Below, one piece after another: positions 36,036-48,654 of a stretch of DNA of 51,594 nt. The notes under the pieces were generated by a model. The model did no database searches, was not told the DNA's origin, and saw nothing but the letters and a program-made list of their open reading frames with translations. Both the position numbers and the translations under genes were made by a program. The stretch is from Ginglymostoma cirratum (Eukaryota): contig JAHRHZ010000085.1 of NCBI GenBank assembly GCA_024137785.1, forward strand, positions 3,664,869 to 3,716,462, given 5' to 3'. Positions within the stretch are counted from its first letter, which is position 1. Each line of letters begins with the position of its first letter.

Positions 36036-36173
36036 ATCAAGCAAGGGACAGATGAGAAAACATCTTCTGCATTTTCAGATCTCACTGCTTCTGAGAAAAT
36101 GTCGAGAAGGAAAAAGAAGAAAAGTGGAGCATGCCAAGATCACAGTAAACCAGTGAAACCTGGATCGTCATGA
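36036..36173 (+). pseudogene. Gene 2, decayed terminal exon
   Basis: cttccatAG|IKQGTDEKTSSAFSDLTASEKMSRRKKKKSG...*. TSSAFSDL aligns with gene 1 LTYAALNL (TAT>TCT). A +1 frame reads VEHAKI, a probable former VEYAKI (TAT>CAT). Confidence 0.55.
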
Positions 36174-36734
36174 ACAGATATTGTTATATGGTAGGTGGGA
36201 GAAGTGCGAGAGATTGTGTCCTTCCTATTGTCTGAATATTAACAGTGTATCTTGGGTTGACTGTAAAGTGACAGTAATTAAGTAGAATATGAGGGCAGAA
36301 CAGGAAATAGAGAAACTCTTCCATGGAGATTTTTGCACGTTCGTGAAACCCTTGGTCATTGTAAGAACACTGCATTATGTATCATGCAATTCAAATGCGA
36401 AGGAAATTGTGGCCTCTTGTCCAGTTTGGTTGAAGGCAATAAGCTGGGTCACTTACTTCAAATGCTATGATGTCAAAATTTTATGGAATATTTGCATTAC
36501 TGGCTATTAGTCTCAAGATGTCACTGCCGTGTTTATACAGTTTACACCACCCTCACCTCAGCCTTGTTTATCAAACCCAATTGAAATAACTTTCAATTCA
36601 CTTTCACAGCATGTGTTTCTCTAACCTGTCCTCAAATTCATCAATGTTCCTGATGACCACATCTGCTGGTGGTAGCAATTTGCACATTCCAAGTGGTCCT
36701 CAGTAAGGAGTTTTCCAGGAGCATTTTCCCTTAT

Positions 36735-38880
36735 GTGAGACCATGAGACCATAAGACATAGGAGTGGAAGTAAGGCCATTCGGCCCATCGAGTCCACTCC
36801 GCCATTTAATCATGGCTGATGGGCATTTCAACTCCACTTACCCGCACTCTCCCCGTAGCCCTTGATTCCTTGTGAGATCAAGAATTTATCAATTTCTGCC
36901 TTGAAGACATTTAACGTCCCGGCCTCCACTGCGCTCCGTGGCAATGAATTCCACAGGCCCACCTCTCTCTGGGTGAAGAAATGTCTCCTCATTTCCATTC
37001 TAAATTGACCCCCTCTAATTCTAAGGCTGTGCCCATGGGTCCTAGTCTCCTCACCTAACGGAAACAACTTCCTTGCGTCCACCCTTTCTAAGCCATGCAT
37101 TAAGTTTCTATTAGATCTCCCCTCAACCTTCTTAACTCTAATGAATACAATCCCAGAATCCTCAGCCGTTCATCATATGTTAGGCCTACCATTCCAGGGA
37201 TCTTCCATGTGAATCTCCGCTGGACACGCTCCAGTGCCAGTATGTCCTTCCTGAGGTGTGGGGCCCAAAATTGGACACAGTATTCTAAATGGGGCCTAAC
37301 TAGAGCTTTATAAAGTCTCAGAAGCACATCGCTGCTTTTATATTCCAACCCTCTTGAGATAAATGACAACATTACATTCGCTTTCTTAATCACGAACTCA
37401 ACCTGCAAGTTAACCTTTAGAGAATCCTGGACTAGCACTCCCAGATCCCTTTGTACTTCGGCTTTATGAATTTTCTCACCGTTCAGAAAATAGTCCATGC
37501 CTGTATTCTTTTTTCCAAAGTGCAAGACCTCGCATTTTCTCACATTGAATTTCATCAGCCATTTCCTGGACCACTCTCCGAAACCGTCTAAATCATTCTG
37601 CAGCCTCCCCACCTCCTCCGTACCACCTGCCTGTCCACCTAACTTTGTATCATCGGCAAACTTTGCCAGAATGCCCCAGTCCCTTCATCCAGATCATTAA
37701 TATATAAAGTGAACAGCTGTGGCCCCAACACTGAACCCTGCGGGATACCACTTGTCACCGGTTGCCATTCCGAAAAAGAGCCTTTTTATCCCAACTCTCT
37801 GCCTTCTGTCAGACAGCCAATCCTCAATCCATGCCAGTAACTCACCTCGAACACCATGGGCCCTCACCTTACTCAGCAGCCTCCCGTGAGGCACCTTATC
37901 AAAGGCCTTTTGGAAGTCTAGATAGATAACATCCACTGGGTTTCCCTGGTCTAACCTACTTGTTATGTCTTCAAAGAATTCTAACAGGTTTGTCAGGCAC
38001 GACCTCCCCTTACTAAATCCATGCTGACTTGTTCTAATCCGACCCTGCACTTCCAAGAATTTAGAAATCTCATCCTTAATGATGGATTCTAGAATTTTAC
38101 CAACAACTGAGGTTAGGCTAATCGGCCTATAATTTTCCATGTTTTGTCTTGATCCTTTCTTAAACAACAGGGTTACAACAGCGATTTTCCAATCATCTGG
38201 GACTTCCCCTGACTCCAGTGACATTTGAAAGATCACAACCAATGCCTCCGCTATTTCCTCAGCCACCTCCCTCAGAACTCGAGGATGCAGCCCATCGGGG
38301 CCAGGAGATTTATCGATTTTTAGACTTTTTAGCTTTTCTAGCACTTTCTCTTTTGTAATGCCTACCATACTCAACTCTGCCTCCTGTCTCTCCTTAATTG
38401 TTGGGATATTACTCATGTCTTCCACTGTGAAGACTGACACAAAATACTTATTAAGTTCTTCAGCTATTTCCTTATCTCCCATCACTAGCCTTCCAGCATC
38501 AATTTGGAGCGGCCCAACGTCTACTTTTGCCTCTCGTTTGTTTCTTATGTATTGAAAGAAACTTTTACTATCATTTCTAATACCGGCTAGCCTACCTTCA
38601 TATTTGATCATCTCCTTCCTTATTTCTCTCTTTGTATTCTTCTGTTTGTTCTTGTACCCTTCCCAATCTTCTGATTTCCCAGTGCTCTTGGCCACTATAT
38701 AGGCTGTCTCTTTTTCTTTGATACATTTCCTGACTTCCTTTGTCAGCCATGGCTGTCTAATCCTCCCCCGGATAATCTTTCTTTTCTTTGGGATAAACCT
38801 CTGTATTGTGTCCTCAATTACACCCAGAAACTCCTGCCACTGTTCCTCTACTGTCTTCCCCACTCGGCTCTGCTTCCAAA
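36735..38880 (-). mobile_element. Young 5'-truncated CR1 LINE
   Basis: KSPGPDGLHPRVL, YRPISLTSVVGK, YLDFQKAFDKVPH, RPHLEYCVQFW in ORFs 37697-38863, 37100-37612 and 36828-37100. Confidence 0.95.
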
Positions 38881-39208
38881 GGACCTGTTGTGTTAGTGTT
38901 TCCTCATGTTTATGACTTCTATTTCTGGAACCATGTAGAAGTGTAATTGTTTATTTGATGCTTACTGTGTTCATCCTGTTTATAAATTTAAATACCTCTA
39001 TCATATCACCCTTCAACCTTAAAAGCAGAAAACGCAGAATTAGGAGTGCATTAATTTCTATGACCTTTGATGATGTTACTTTAGCTCCACCTATCGATAT
39101 GATCCAAATACAGCAGTGTTTTCTTGGTATCCAGAATTTTACCAATTTGCCTCTCGAATATATTAAAAAAAACTAAAAAGTAAATTTCACAATGATTTTC
39201 ACGACCAT

Positions 39209-39250
39209 CCTTAAAAGCCTTAAAAGCCATTAAAAGCCTTAAAAGCCATT
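39209..39250. repeat. Short tandem repeat (ccttaaaagc/cattaaaagc x ~4)
   Basis: ccttaaaagccttaaaagccattaaaagccttaaaagccatt. Confidence 0.8.
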
Positions 39251-40845
39251 ACACAAACCATTTTTTTCTGGAACTTTGCTCTGTATTGTAATATATGAAT
39301 ACACTGAGTAGTCAGTTTTACCACGTACATCTTTGGTCAAAAATTACAAAAATGTACAACAGCTGGAGAGAAATAAGTCATCTTCATCTTAATCCTGAGT
39401 GAACGTGCCTGTTTGGCCATCTAGTTTTAGTTACGCTAGCCATAGGTAACAAATTGCAACATCTGTTCCCTTAAGTTCCCTTGGCATTTTAAACATACCC
39501 CAAAGAGTTTACTTCAGTTTCTGCTTGAGTTATTTCAAGGAATTTTGATGTATGCACCCAGTATTTGTTCCTGGTATTTGATACCAGGAGGCACCGTAAG
39601 GAGCAAAAACAGAGATTTCTGGAAAAAAAAGACTCAGCAGGTCTGGCAACATCTGTGACGAGAAAGTAGAAATAATGTTTTGGGTCCACTGACCCTACTT
39701 CAGAACAGTTCTGTCTCCAGTGCTATCACATCTTGCCTATATGCTGGGTATGTAGATCCTAAAGAACACCAGCATTTCCCAGTCTCTTAGAATTTACAAA
39801 TTATTTTGTTGTTCTTTATTTATTTCCTTCCAAAATGAATAACTGAACCCTAACTTTATTCCTTCTTTCACATTCTCGCCCATTCACTAACTTAGTCTAA
39901 ATATTAGACTCAATCACTGCATTGCAGTATTCAGTAAATAACAGCCTGCCAGTTACAAAGTCAAATGCCTGTCTGATTTCTGTCCATTGATCAATTCATG
40001 GTTCGTGCTGACATAAAGTTAGGCTCCATTAAACTCAGATTTCATGAATGAAAGTCTCAATTCCTCGGTTACATGCTTCATTATTTTAGTGTCCATAAGT
40101 ACAATCCATCTAGATAGGGGACATTATCCTCCCTAATGCTGAAGCGCTTCTTAATTTTCTGTCAACTTCCTATCGTGATTGTCCTTTTTCTTTGTTTGAT
40201 AGCTTTTTCTAATCATGTTACACTATGTTAGCATTTCTGGCTAACACTGAAGCAGCATTATTATTTAGTTATGGTACGATGTCACAAAGATCATCACTGA
40301 TTTTGAAGATTTCCACAAAGATCGATTTATTTGGTTGGTAAAAATTACATTGGACAATATGAGTATGCATTTGGCATCAAAGCAAGGCTTTTTGAAATGT
40401 CCAGTTAAAAAAGGTACCAAACACAGTATACAATCAATAATGTTGATTGTTTCTTGCAATAAGCAAAAGAGCACATTACGTATCCTTCACTAGTTGACAT
40501 TGTCAATAGATTACATTACTTAATCATTCTGAATTCAAATATGAGAAGCAAGCTTGGAAGAAAGTAAATTGTGGCTAGATGATGTTGCCAATAAAAAAAA
40601 GTGCTTGGCATTGATTGGAACGTTGTTTCAGTAATGAAAAAGTAATCACTACAATGTGGTTTTGCAAAGGCTGCATGATATTTAGGCATTTTGCCTAATG
40701 TTGTGTCATGTGGCAACAGTGACAACTGAAAGCTGGCAGATTGACAATCATATTTTTATGTTCATGAATGAAGTTTAAAATCATTAAAATCTTTTGTGTC
40801 GAAGTTATTTTCCATGACAGAAATGAGTAACTAGTATTTAATTAA

Positions 40846-42895
40846 GTCATAGAGTCACACAAAGTAGAAACAGGTCCTTTGGCCCACTCATGTCTACGCC
40901 GATTAACAAAATCCAAACTGTGCTAATCCCATTTGTCTAAACCTAGTCCATAGACTACTGTGCCCGAACATTGTAAGTGCTCATCAAAATGCTCCTTATA
41001 TGCTGCAAGAATATGTGTCACAACCAGCCCCTCAGGCAGCACATTCCTTGTTTCTACAACCTTATGGGTGAAAAATGTATTACCTCAGACACCCTCTAAA
41101 ACACCTACTCCTCACCTTAAACTTATGCCCTCAGTCTTAGACACATTTACTATAGGGAAAAGATACAACTGTATTGTCTATGCCTCTCGTTATTTTGCAG
41201 AACAATCAGATTGCACCTCTGCTTTATGGAAAACAAACCTAGCCTCTCCAGTGCCTTCTCATAACTGAAACTTTTCGCCCCCAGGCAACATCTGCTCTGC
41301 GCCCTCTCCAGTGCAATCACATCCTTCCAATAGTATGACAACCATAATGCACACATTATTCTATCTGTGGCCTGACCAGTGCTCTAGAAAGTTGAAAACA
41401 AGGCTTTCCTATATCAGACATCCTGGTTAATGAAGACAAGTATCCCATACGTCTTCAAAATCATAATGTCTGTCTGTGCTTGTACCTGAAGGGATCTATG
41501 GTCTTGTACACTAAAGTCCTTTGTTCCTCAGTACACTTAAGGAACCTACTGTACATTATGCATATCCTTCCCTTTTTAGGCCTAGCAAAATGCACCATCT
41601 CACACTTATCAGGATTAAATTCCATCTGCCGTTGCTCTGCCCAATTTTCTAGCTGACTAATAAGAATATAACCTGAGTCCTTTCACTTCATTACCAACAA
41701 CACCATCAATTTTCCTGGCATCTGCAAACATATTAGTTATACCTTTTGCATTCATATCAAGTCTCTAATGCAGATAACAAACAGCAAAGGTCCCAAAACT
41801 GATCCCTGTGGTAAACCGCTGGTCACAGGCTTCCAATCACAAAAACAATCCTCTACCATCACCTATTGCCTCCTATATGCAAGCCAAATTTATATCTAGT
41901 TTGCCAACTTGCCTTGGATCCCATGGGGTCTTACCTTCTGGTAACCTTCCATGTGGGATCTTGTCAAAGGCATTACTGAAGTTCATGTAAGTCACATCAC
42001 CTGTATTACTTTCATCAATATATTTCATCACTTTTTCAAAAAAAAACTAAGTTAAATTAGTAGACCTGATTTCTCTCCAACAAACTTGTGCTGACTTTCC
42101 CTGACCAATCCTTGCCTTACCGAGTGTTAATTAATCCTGTCCCTCAGAATTTTTTCAAATAATTTCTCTACGGCCACCGTCACACTAACTGGTCTGTAAT
42201 TACTCGGTGCATTCCTGCTGCCCTTCTTAAACCATGGAACCGCATTAGTTATCTTGCAATAATCTGACACTTCACCTATGGCCATCAAAGTCTTAATTAT
42301 CTCTGCCAGGGCCCCAGTAATCTCCTCCCTTACCTCAACAGCAGCCTGGGATACATATCATCGGGCCTGGAGATTCATACACCTTTATGCCCACTGAAAC
42401 TTCTTATACCTCCTCCATATTAAGTTTAACATGTTCGAGAACCTCACCGTCCCAATTGAAATCTCCAGCTGCAAAATCTTTCTCTGTTTGTGAAAAGAGG
42501 TGAGACATATTCATTTAATACCTCACCAGTGACTTGTGGCTCCACACACAGTTTGCCCTTTGGCCTTTCATAAGCCATACTGTTTCCCTCTTCACCTTCA
42601 TGCTCTTCGTAGTATTCAAAAATGCCTTGGGGGTTTCCTTAATTGTATTGGCCAAAGTTACTTCATGGCCCCTCTTTGCCCTCCTAATTTATTTTTAAAC
42701 ATCCCCTACAGTCTCTATACTTCTGAAGGATGTAGGCTTACTTGCAAGTAGCTGCTCCCAGTGTACGCTTGTCAGACCCTGTCTAATGATATTAAATTTG
42801 CCCTTCCCCTAATTTAGGCACTTTTGCATGATCCTTTTCCCTTTCCACAATGGTTTGGAAACTTGAAATATTATAGTCACTATTCCTTGTTTCCT
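40846..42895 (-). mobile_element. Decayed CR1 LINE
   Basis: YWKDVIALERAQ on the minus strand; ccatgtgggatcttgtcaaaggcattactgaagttcatg is the reverse complement of the MxFSxAFDKxPH motif. Confidence 0.85.
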
Positions 42896-42899
42896 TGTT

Positions 42900-43413
42900 A
42901 CGATAGGAAGTATGTTATGAAACTTGAAAGGGTCTAGAAAAGATTTACAAGAATGTTTCCAGAGTTGGAGGGTTTGACCGATAAAGAGGGGCTGAATAGG
43001 CTGTGGCCTATTTTCTCTGGAGCGTCAGAGGCTGAGGGGTGACCTTTTAGAAGTTTATAAAATCATGAGAGGCATGGATTGGGTGAATAGCCAAGTCCTT
43101 TCCACAGGGTGGGAGAGTACAAAACTAGAGGGCATAGGCTTAAGTTAAGAGGAGTAAGATTTAAAAGGGACCTAAGGGACAACGTTTTCACATAGAGGAT
43201 GGAATGTGTATGGAATGAGCTGCCAGAGGAAGTGGTGAAGGCGGGTACAAATACAACATTTAAAAGGCATCTGGATGGGTATACAAATAGGAAGTGTTTG
43301 GAAGGATATGGGCCAAATGCTGGAAAATGGCCCATTAATTTAGGATATATGGTCAGCACTGGTGAGTTGGAGCAAAGGATCTGTTTCCATGTTGTCCAAC
43401 TCTATGACTCTAT
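42900..43413 (+). mobile_element. CR1 LINE 3' fragment
   Basis: VWNELPEEVVKAGTNTTFKRHLDGY; ctctatgactctatg tail. Confidence 0.88.
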
Positions 43414-43670
43414 GGCCCTAGAACAGCTGTGGGACTTGTGCCAGGCAGCAGAGGATCAGCAACCAGTAATGGACTTAGAATCAAAAGGCCCTGCAAAGAT
43501 TTACAAACCAAAATCTGAGGATGGGGACAGAATCCTCATTCAGGTCACTCCAGACCTGGCAGGTTCAAAACAAATGGGACTATACAACATCATCATGTGC
43601 ATGTATAGATATGAAAGGTAATAGCTGATGGAAACATTGGTCAAAACTAAAATTATATAAAAATGGTAAA
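43414..43670 (+). mobile_element. Retroviral integrase C-terminal remnant
   Basis: PKSEDGDRILIQ...KQMGLYNII and WKHWSKLKLYK resemble the GDxV.../W.GPY/W.H.SxLK integrase C-terminal pattern. Confidence 0.55.
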
Positions 43671-43699
43671 TGACAGCTTCAATAAATGTGCAGTGGCAT

Positions 43700-46300
43700 A
43701 TCAGGAGTGAAAAAAATAAATTGGAGAATAGTCTATTCGGGGCTTGAGAATAATGTTAGCATTAATAGGGATATGGAATATTATTTAAATGGCTTACCAG
43801 CAGGGCATGAGCTTTTGAGAATAAAGACCACTCTGTCAAAGGGGACGAAACACTAACTGACAGAAATTAATGTCAGGCGGCCAGCAAATCCCCTTTCTGC
43901 TTGAATAACAGATAGTCCTGAGGAGAACAAACAAGGATGAAGGGCTACAGTGGCTGTGGAATGTGCCATTAGTATGCGGAAGCTCATGACACCAGTTAAT
44001 GAGGAAGTACAACTGAGTCTCGAAAAGGACACAAGAGACTTGATGGATTGTGGGGCACAATATATTGGGTCAGATCCAAAATGCATATCAGGGACCAAAG
44101 ACTGGAATAAATACAGGGCACATGTTAATACTTGGCCCATGGCGGATACACGTGAATACATTGTGTGTGTACAGAGCTCTACAGACATGTCTATTAAATC
44201 TGTATTGGAAAAGGATACTGAAAAGACAGATAGATACACTTTTGGACGGCTTGGTGCTCCTCCCTCTGGACACTGGGTTTTAGAACATGCAAGAGGTAAG
44301 GTAGGGTGGGTTTAATGAGCATATGGGAGACACCAATATTATCGTTAAATGTGTGTTTTTCCCCTACTATGATAACACCACATCCTGTCCCCTACAACCT
44401 CGAGAGAATTGAAATATCCAGAGACAAACGGAGGGATGGATTAATGGAATACTTCTGCTGAATGAGATACAGAAATGTAAAGCATGTAATTGTACCTGTG
44501 CTGATCAATATCTTGGACATTCAAATGCCAGTGTGTTGCTCAGCGCAGTCAAGTAGTGTGTGCGTTATGTTAGCTAATGTTGTAGCGCACTAAGTTACAG
44601 ATGTCATCGGGCCACTAGATTTAAGGGACACAATACCTTCTGTAGACATGAGAGGGAGATATCAAGCAACATTGTTACAAGAGTCAAGACCAGAACCTCC
44701 ATAATCAATTCCCTTGACACACAGGGTGTAAATAACAATGTGGAGCCGCTCAGAAAAATCATTGAAGAACCAACAGTGCATGCTGAGGAGGCCCAGAAAG
44801 ATCAGGTGGTGCTGGAGCAAAAAGCAATGGAGATACAATTTAATAGGGTAGCTGTGATGGAGGTATCTGTTTGCCTGTGAATAGGATGATAACCAGAAAA
44901 GTTTGACAAGGACAATTAAGTCACACATGTACGCTATGGATGATAGGCCAGATAAGACACAGCCACAACCACATCCAAAGTGGGGTGGTACCTGACTGGA
45001 TTAATAGCACACACCTGGCGCAACTAACCAAGACTAAGCAGACACTGGATAACAATACATTGAAGGTCAAATAAGAGTCTATCTATTAGGCCTCTACTGG
45101 AAAGCCAGCAACGTGCCGGCATAGGGATGGTTTTGAAGATCTCCAAAGCAAATCTAGAAACAGAGTCCTACCCCCAAAATCAGATAGAAAATATTGGCAT
45201 TATAAATATAACTCTCTTCAATATTATATCACAGACATAAATGTAACATGTAGGAATAATACCATATATGGGACCTCCCTTGTAGGGTGTAAGTGAAAAG
45301 ACATTATTAGTATGTGCCTGCACTCAGTGGTGCAGGGAGGCCGAGACGAATGCAGATTCAACTGCACCGAAGCATGTGTCCTTGAAATCACCCATGTTCC
45401 CCAACACTTCACTCAATCAGGAGTGGGAAGAAGGACTATACTGTGCATCAACTAGAGGAACATCATGTACATCCAAAACCTTACACTGCACCATCACACG
45501 CCCAAATTCTGCCTCACACCCCCTCACCTCCCAGTTAGTATAGGTCAGCTCAACAACAAGACATGGAAGTATTCAAGGTATCTGAAAATCTCATGGATAA
45601 TGAGGAAGTAGAATCAATCCCTATCCCACACTTAAGTGAACAATTCAGTGAAATTAGACAAAGGTTAGGTCAGACAGTCAAGTTCAACCAGCAGTTACAG
45701 TAAAAGCTAAACATTCTTGAAGAGGATACAGAGCAGGAACTTCAGAAACAGAAATGGTGCAAAAAGGTGTAGAATTAAGGGATGAACATTATTACACAGC
45801 CCTAGATCAGATAATATCTCATTAGCATTGACTTTTTTAATTTATTAATGGGATGAAGGAGTTGCTGGCTAGGCAATATTTGTTGCCCATCCCTAATTGA
45901 GCAGAGGACAGTTCAGAGTCAACCAAATTGCTGTGGGTGTGGAGTTGCATGTAGGCCAGACCCAGGTAAAGGTGGCAGTTTCCTTCCCTTCAAGAACAAC
46001 AGTAAACCAGATAGGCTTTTCCAACAATTGATGAAATATTAACAGTCATCATTAGATTCATAATTCCAGATATTTTTATCACATTCAAATTCTACCATCT
46101 GCCACGGCAAGCTTCAAACCCAGGTCCCCGGGGTGTTATCTGGGTCTGTGGATTAACAGTCCAATTATAATACCACTAAGCCATCGCCTCCACATGATGT
46201 GACCTAATGGCCTGTAGGTCTTGTATGAAGCATGGGTTAAAGGAAAAAGCACAGGCTCTTAAGGGAACAACAGAGAGAGCTGACAATAGCAGCACACATT
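43700..46300 (+). mobile_element. Degenerate retroviral env (class III / snakehead-retrovirus-like fusion protein)
   Basis: RHER|EISSNIVTRVKTRTSIINSLDTQGVNNNVEPLRKII (44644-, cleavage site + fusion peptide + heptad); GMVLKI..YPQNQIENIGII (~45124-45203); heptad EIRQRLGQTVKFNQQLQ*KLNILEED then a Trp-rich segment (45755-45805). Confidence 0.6.
45834..46192 (-). mobile_element. DeuSINE-type SINE inserted in the env TM region
   Basis: Reverse complement of 13718-14067; ends ataataccactaagccatcgcctcc. Confidence 0.8.
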
Positions 46301-46440
46301 GATCTTATTTAGCCAACTGGATTCCCTCAAATTTCGTGACTGCCATCACAAAAGAGGCAAGGAATACCCGGTGAAACAAATTAGAGCAATAGGATCAGAT
46401 AAAGGGACTTTTCTAGCTGGCCTGACTGAAAGGGAAAGAT

Positions 46441-47160
46441 TGTTAAGGCTGTCCGTGGCTGAAGTAGTATAAAATGGTTCTCAGTTGACGCAAATGGCTG
46501 AGGAATATTTTTAGCTGAAGCAACAGCTTCCATAGTCTGTCATTTAAACTTAAACTATAAACTAGAGGAATTAACAGTCTTCATGGAAGCAATTTCTCCA
46601 AGGTTTAAGACTAGATTAAGATAACACGCATAGGGTCTTGAGAAATGTATACAATGGGTCTTGTGGAACAGAAGCAGGCATAACTGCTTGTGTGGAGACA
46701 GTTTAATAATGTACAAATGAGGAATGCTGATAGAAACCTTGATATCAGCCTGGTCCAAAGTATGGTGTGCATCATGGCATAGAAGGGAAGGGTCTGACCT
46801 AGCACTGACCACATATTCACATGATGTTAAGACTCCAGGTATAAGACTAAATATTCAGGGACAGGTTTATGTATAGCTATAATGCGGCTATTAAACTTAC
46901 TTAGCAAGATCTACTCTAATAATCAAAATGGAAGTTCCAAATCCCTTGATATCCAATAGGAAGCAATTCAGAAGGGTGGGGGCGATCTGGGGACACGTGC
47001 AATCAGTGCACCTGACTTCTAGAATTCTGTCTGATGTCGTGGATGCTTGGATCCATAGGTCAATGGCAGCTGCTCATTTTGGTAGAAAAGTAAAGACAAA
47101 CACTGACAATTCCAGCGCTAACAGAAGACTGAAACTGAGAGTGAACTCATCACAAACACA
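46441..47160 (+). mobile_element. Putative 3' LTR of the ERV
   Basis: Purine tract gaaagggaaaga followed by t and TGTTAAGG at 46441; AGTAAA at ~47089; CA end at ~47160. No 5' LTR is available in the window to confirm. Confidence 0.45.
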
Positions 47161-47174
47161 AATTCAGCTATTGC

Positions 47175-47270
47175 TGAGATAACAAGGTGTAGAGATGGAT
47201 GAACACAGCAGGCCACGCAGCATCAGAGGAGCAGGAAGGCTGATATTTCGGGGCTAGACCCTTCTTCAGG
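47175..47270 (-). mobile_element. Penelope-derived terminal fragment
   Basis: gagataacaaggtgtagag..ggatgaacacagcaggcc...ccttcttcag, as at 34720-34815. Confidence 0.75.
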
Positions 47271-48654
47271 AAAAAGCTGTTGCTGTCAGGTATTCTAAAC
47301 TTTTGGTTCAGAAGTGTTGTTAAGTGCTGAAAAAATACGTTATTGGTGACTTGGCCTTCTGAGTCAATTGTCTCACTTTGAACAACATCAATCTTTAAAC
47401 CTGTTTCTTTCATAGAGAGTCCAGTGTTCCTGAGGATTCAGGCACAGAGGAGCAATCACTATAGCATCATCTGCTACCACACATGCTCGAATCAGTCATG
47501 AGTCCAGTCACAGAAGCTACTCATCGATCATTTAGAGCTATGAATAAGCCCAGAATGAGTTACAAAAATCCATCAATTGATGAAAGTCATGAATATACTA
47601 TTGATTTGTCCTGGATAAAAGGAGTGATTCAGTCAGGGGTCACATTTGTCAAGAATGCAGGTTGGAGAATTGGGCTCTAATGATTCAGTTTTATTCCAAC
47701 CTGAAATTCTCTCAAGCTCAACTTTCCGCACTGAAATTGTTCAATTAAACTATTGGTCAAAGCGAGCTTACATTCAATCAGTGAATGTAAAATGATTTGG
47801 ATCATGCTGAACAAGCGCTAGGATCCCAGGACTAGATGAACACTTGTCTGCACTAGAATTGAACATGGAGCATCTGCTGTCATACTGGCCATAAGCATAG
47901 TAGAAGTATTCTTCAAGAATGTTCACAATGTTGTTTTAGACTGTCAAATCCAATGAAAGCCTAAGGATGCAGGCATTCACAAGTTCTTAACCATGCATAC
48001 TTTTATAGAGTCATTGATGAGTTCACACCCACACTAACTCTAGGGGTGTATAACTTCTCAATGATGACTGCAAGCTCCACTATATGGTAATAAATGTACA
48101 GAATGCTGGAGAAACTCAGCAGACCTTGCAAAGGAAGACAGTTAATGTTTTGTGTTTGGTATGACTTCTTCAGAAAGGAATTGTATCATCCTTATCTGAT
48201 ATGACCGATGTGTGCCTTCAAGCCCACAATAGTTTAGCTGACTTGTAACTGCCTTCTGAAATGGCTGAGCAAGTCAGTCAGCTTTATCAAACTATGACAG
48301 AAAATCTGAAAAAACGAGAAAGCAAGGCACATGACTCAGTATTGTTTCAGGCACTGGAAATGATGAAGATAGAAACTGTACAGTTGACCCTGTAAACTCC
48401 TCCGCTCTTTAGGCCTATCTAAGCATTTTCAGCTGCTTCATCAGTGGCCTTCCTCCATCGTAAGGTCAGAACTGGAGATGTTCACTGTTGTGCAAGGCTC
48501 AGAAATTCAAAACTCCACAAACTTTGCATCATGTGGCAGGACCTGGATAGTATTCACACTTGGGATGATAAGGGGCAAATGGCGTCATTTGTGGTGAGAT
48601 GATGGTGTAGTGGTGAAGTCACTGGACAAGTAATCTAAGTTAAATTTCAGGAGA

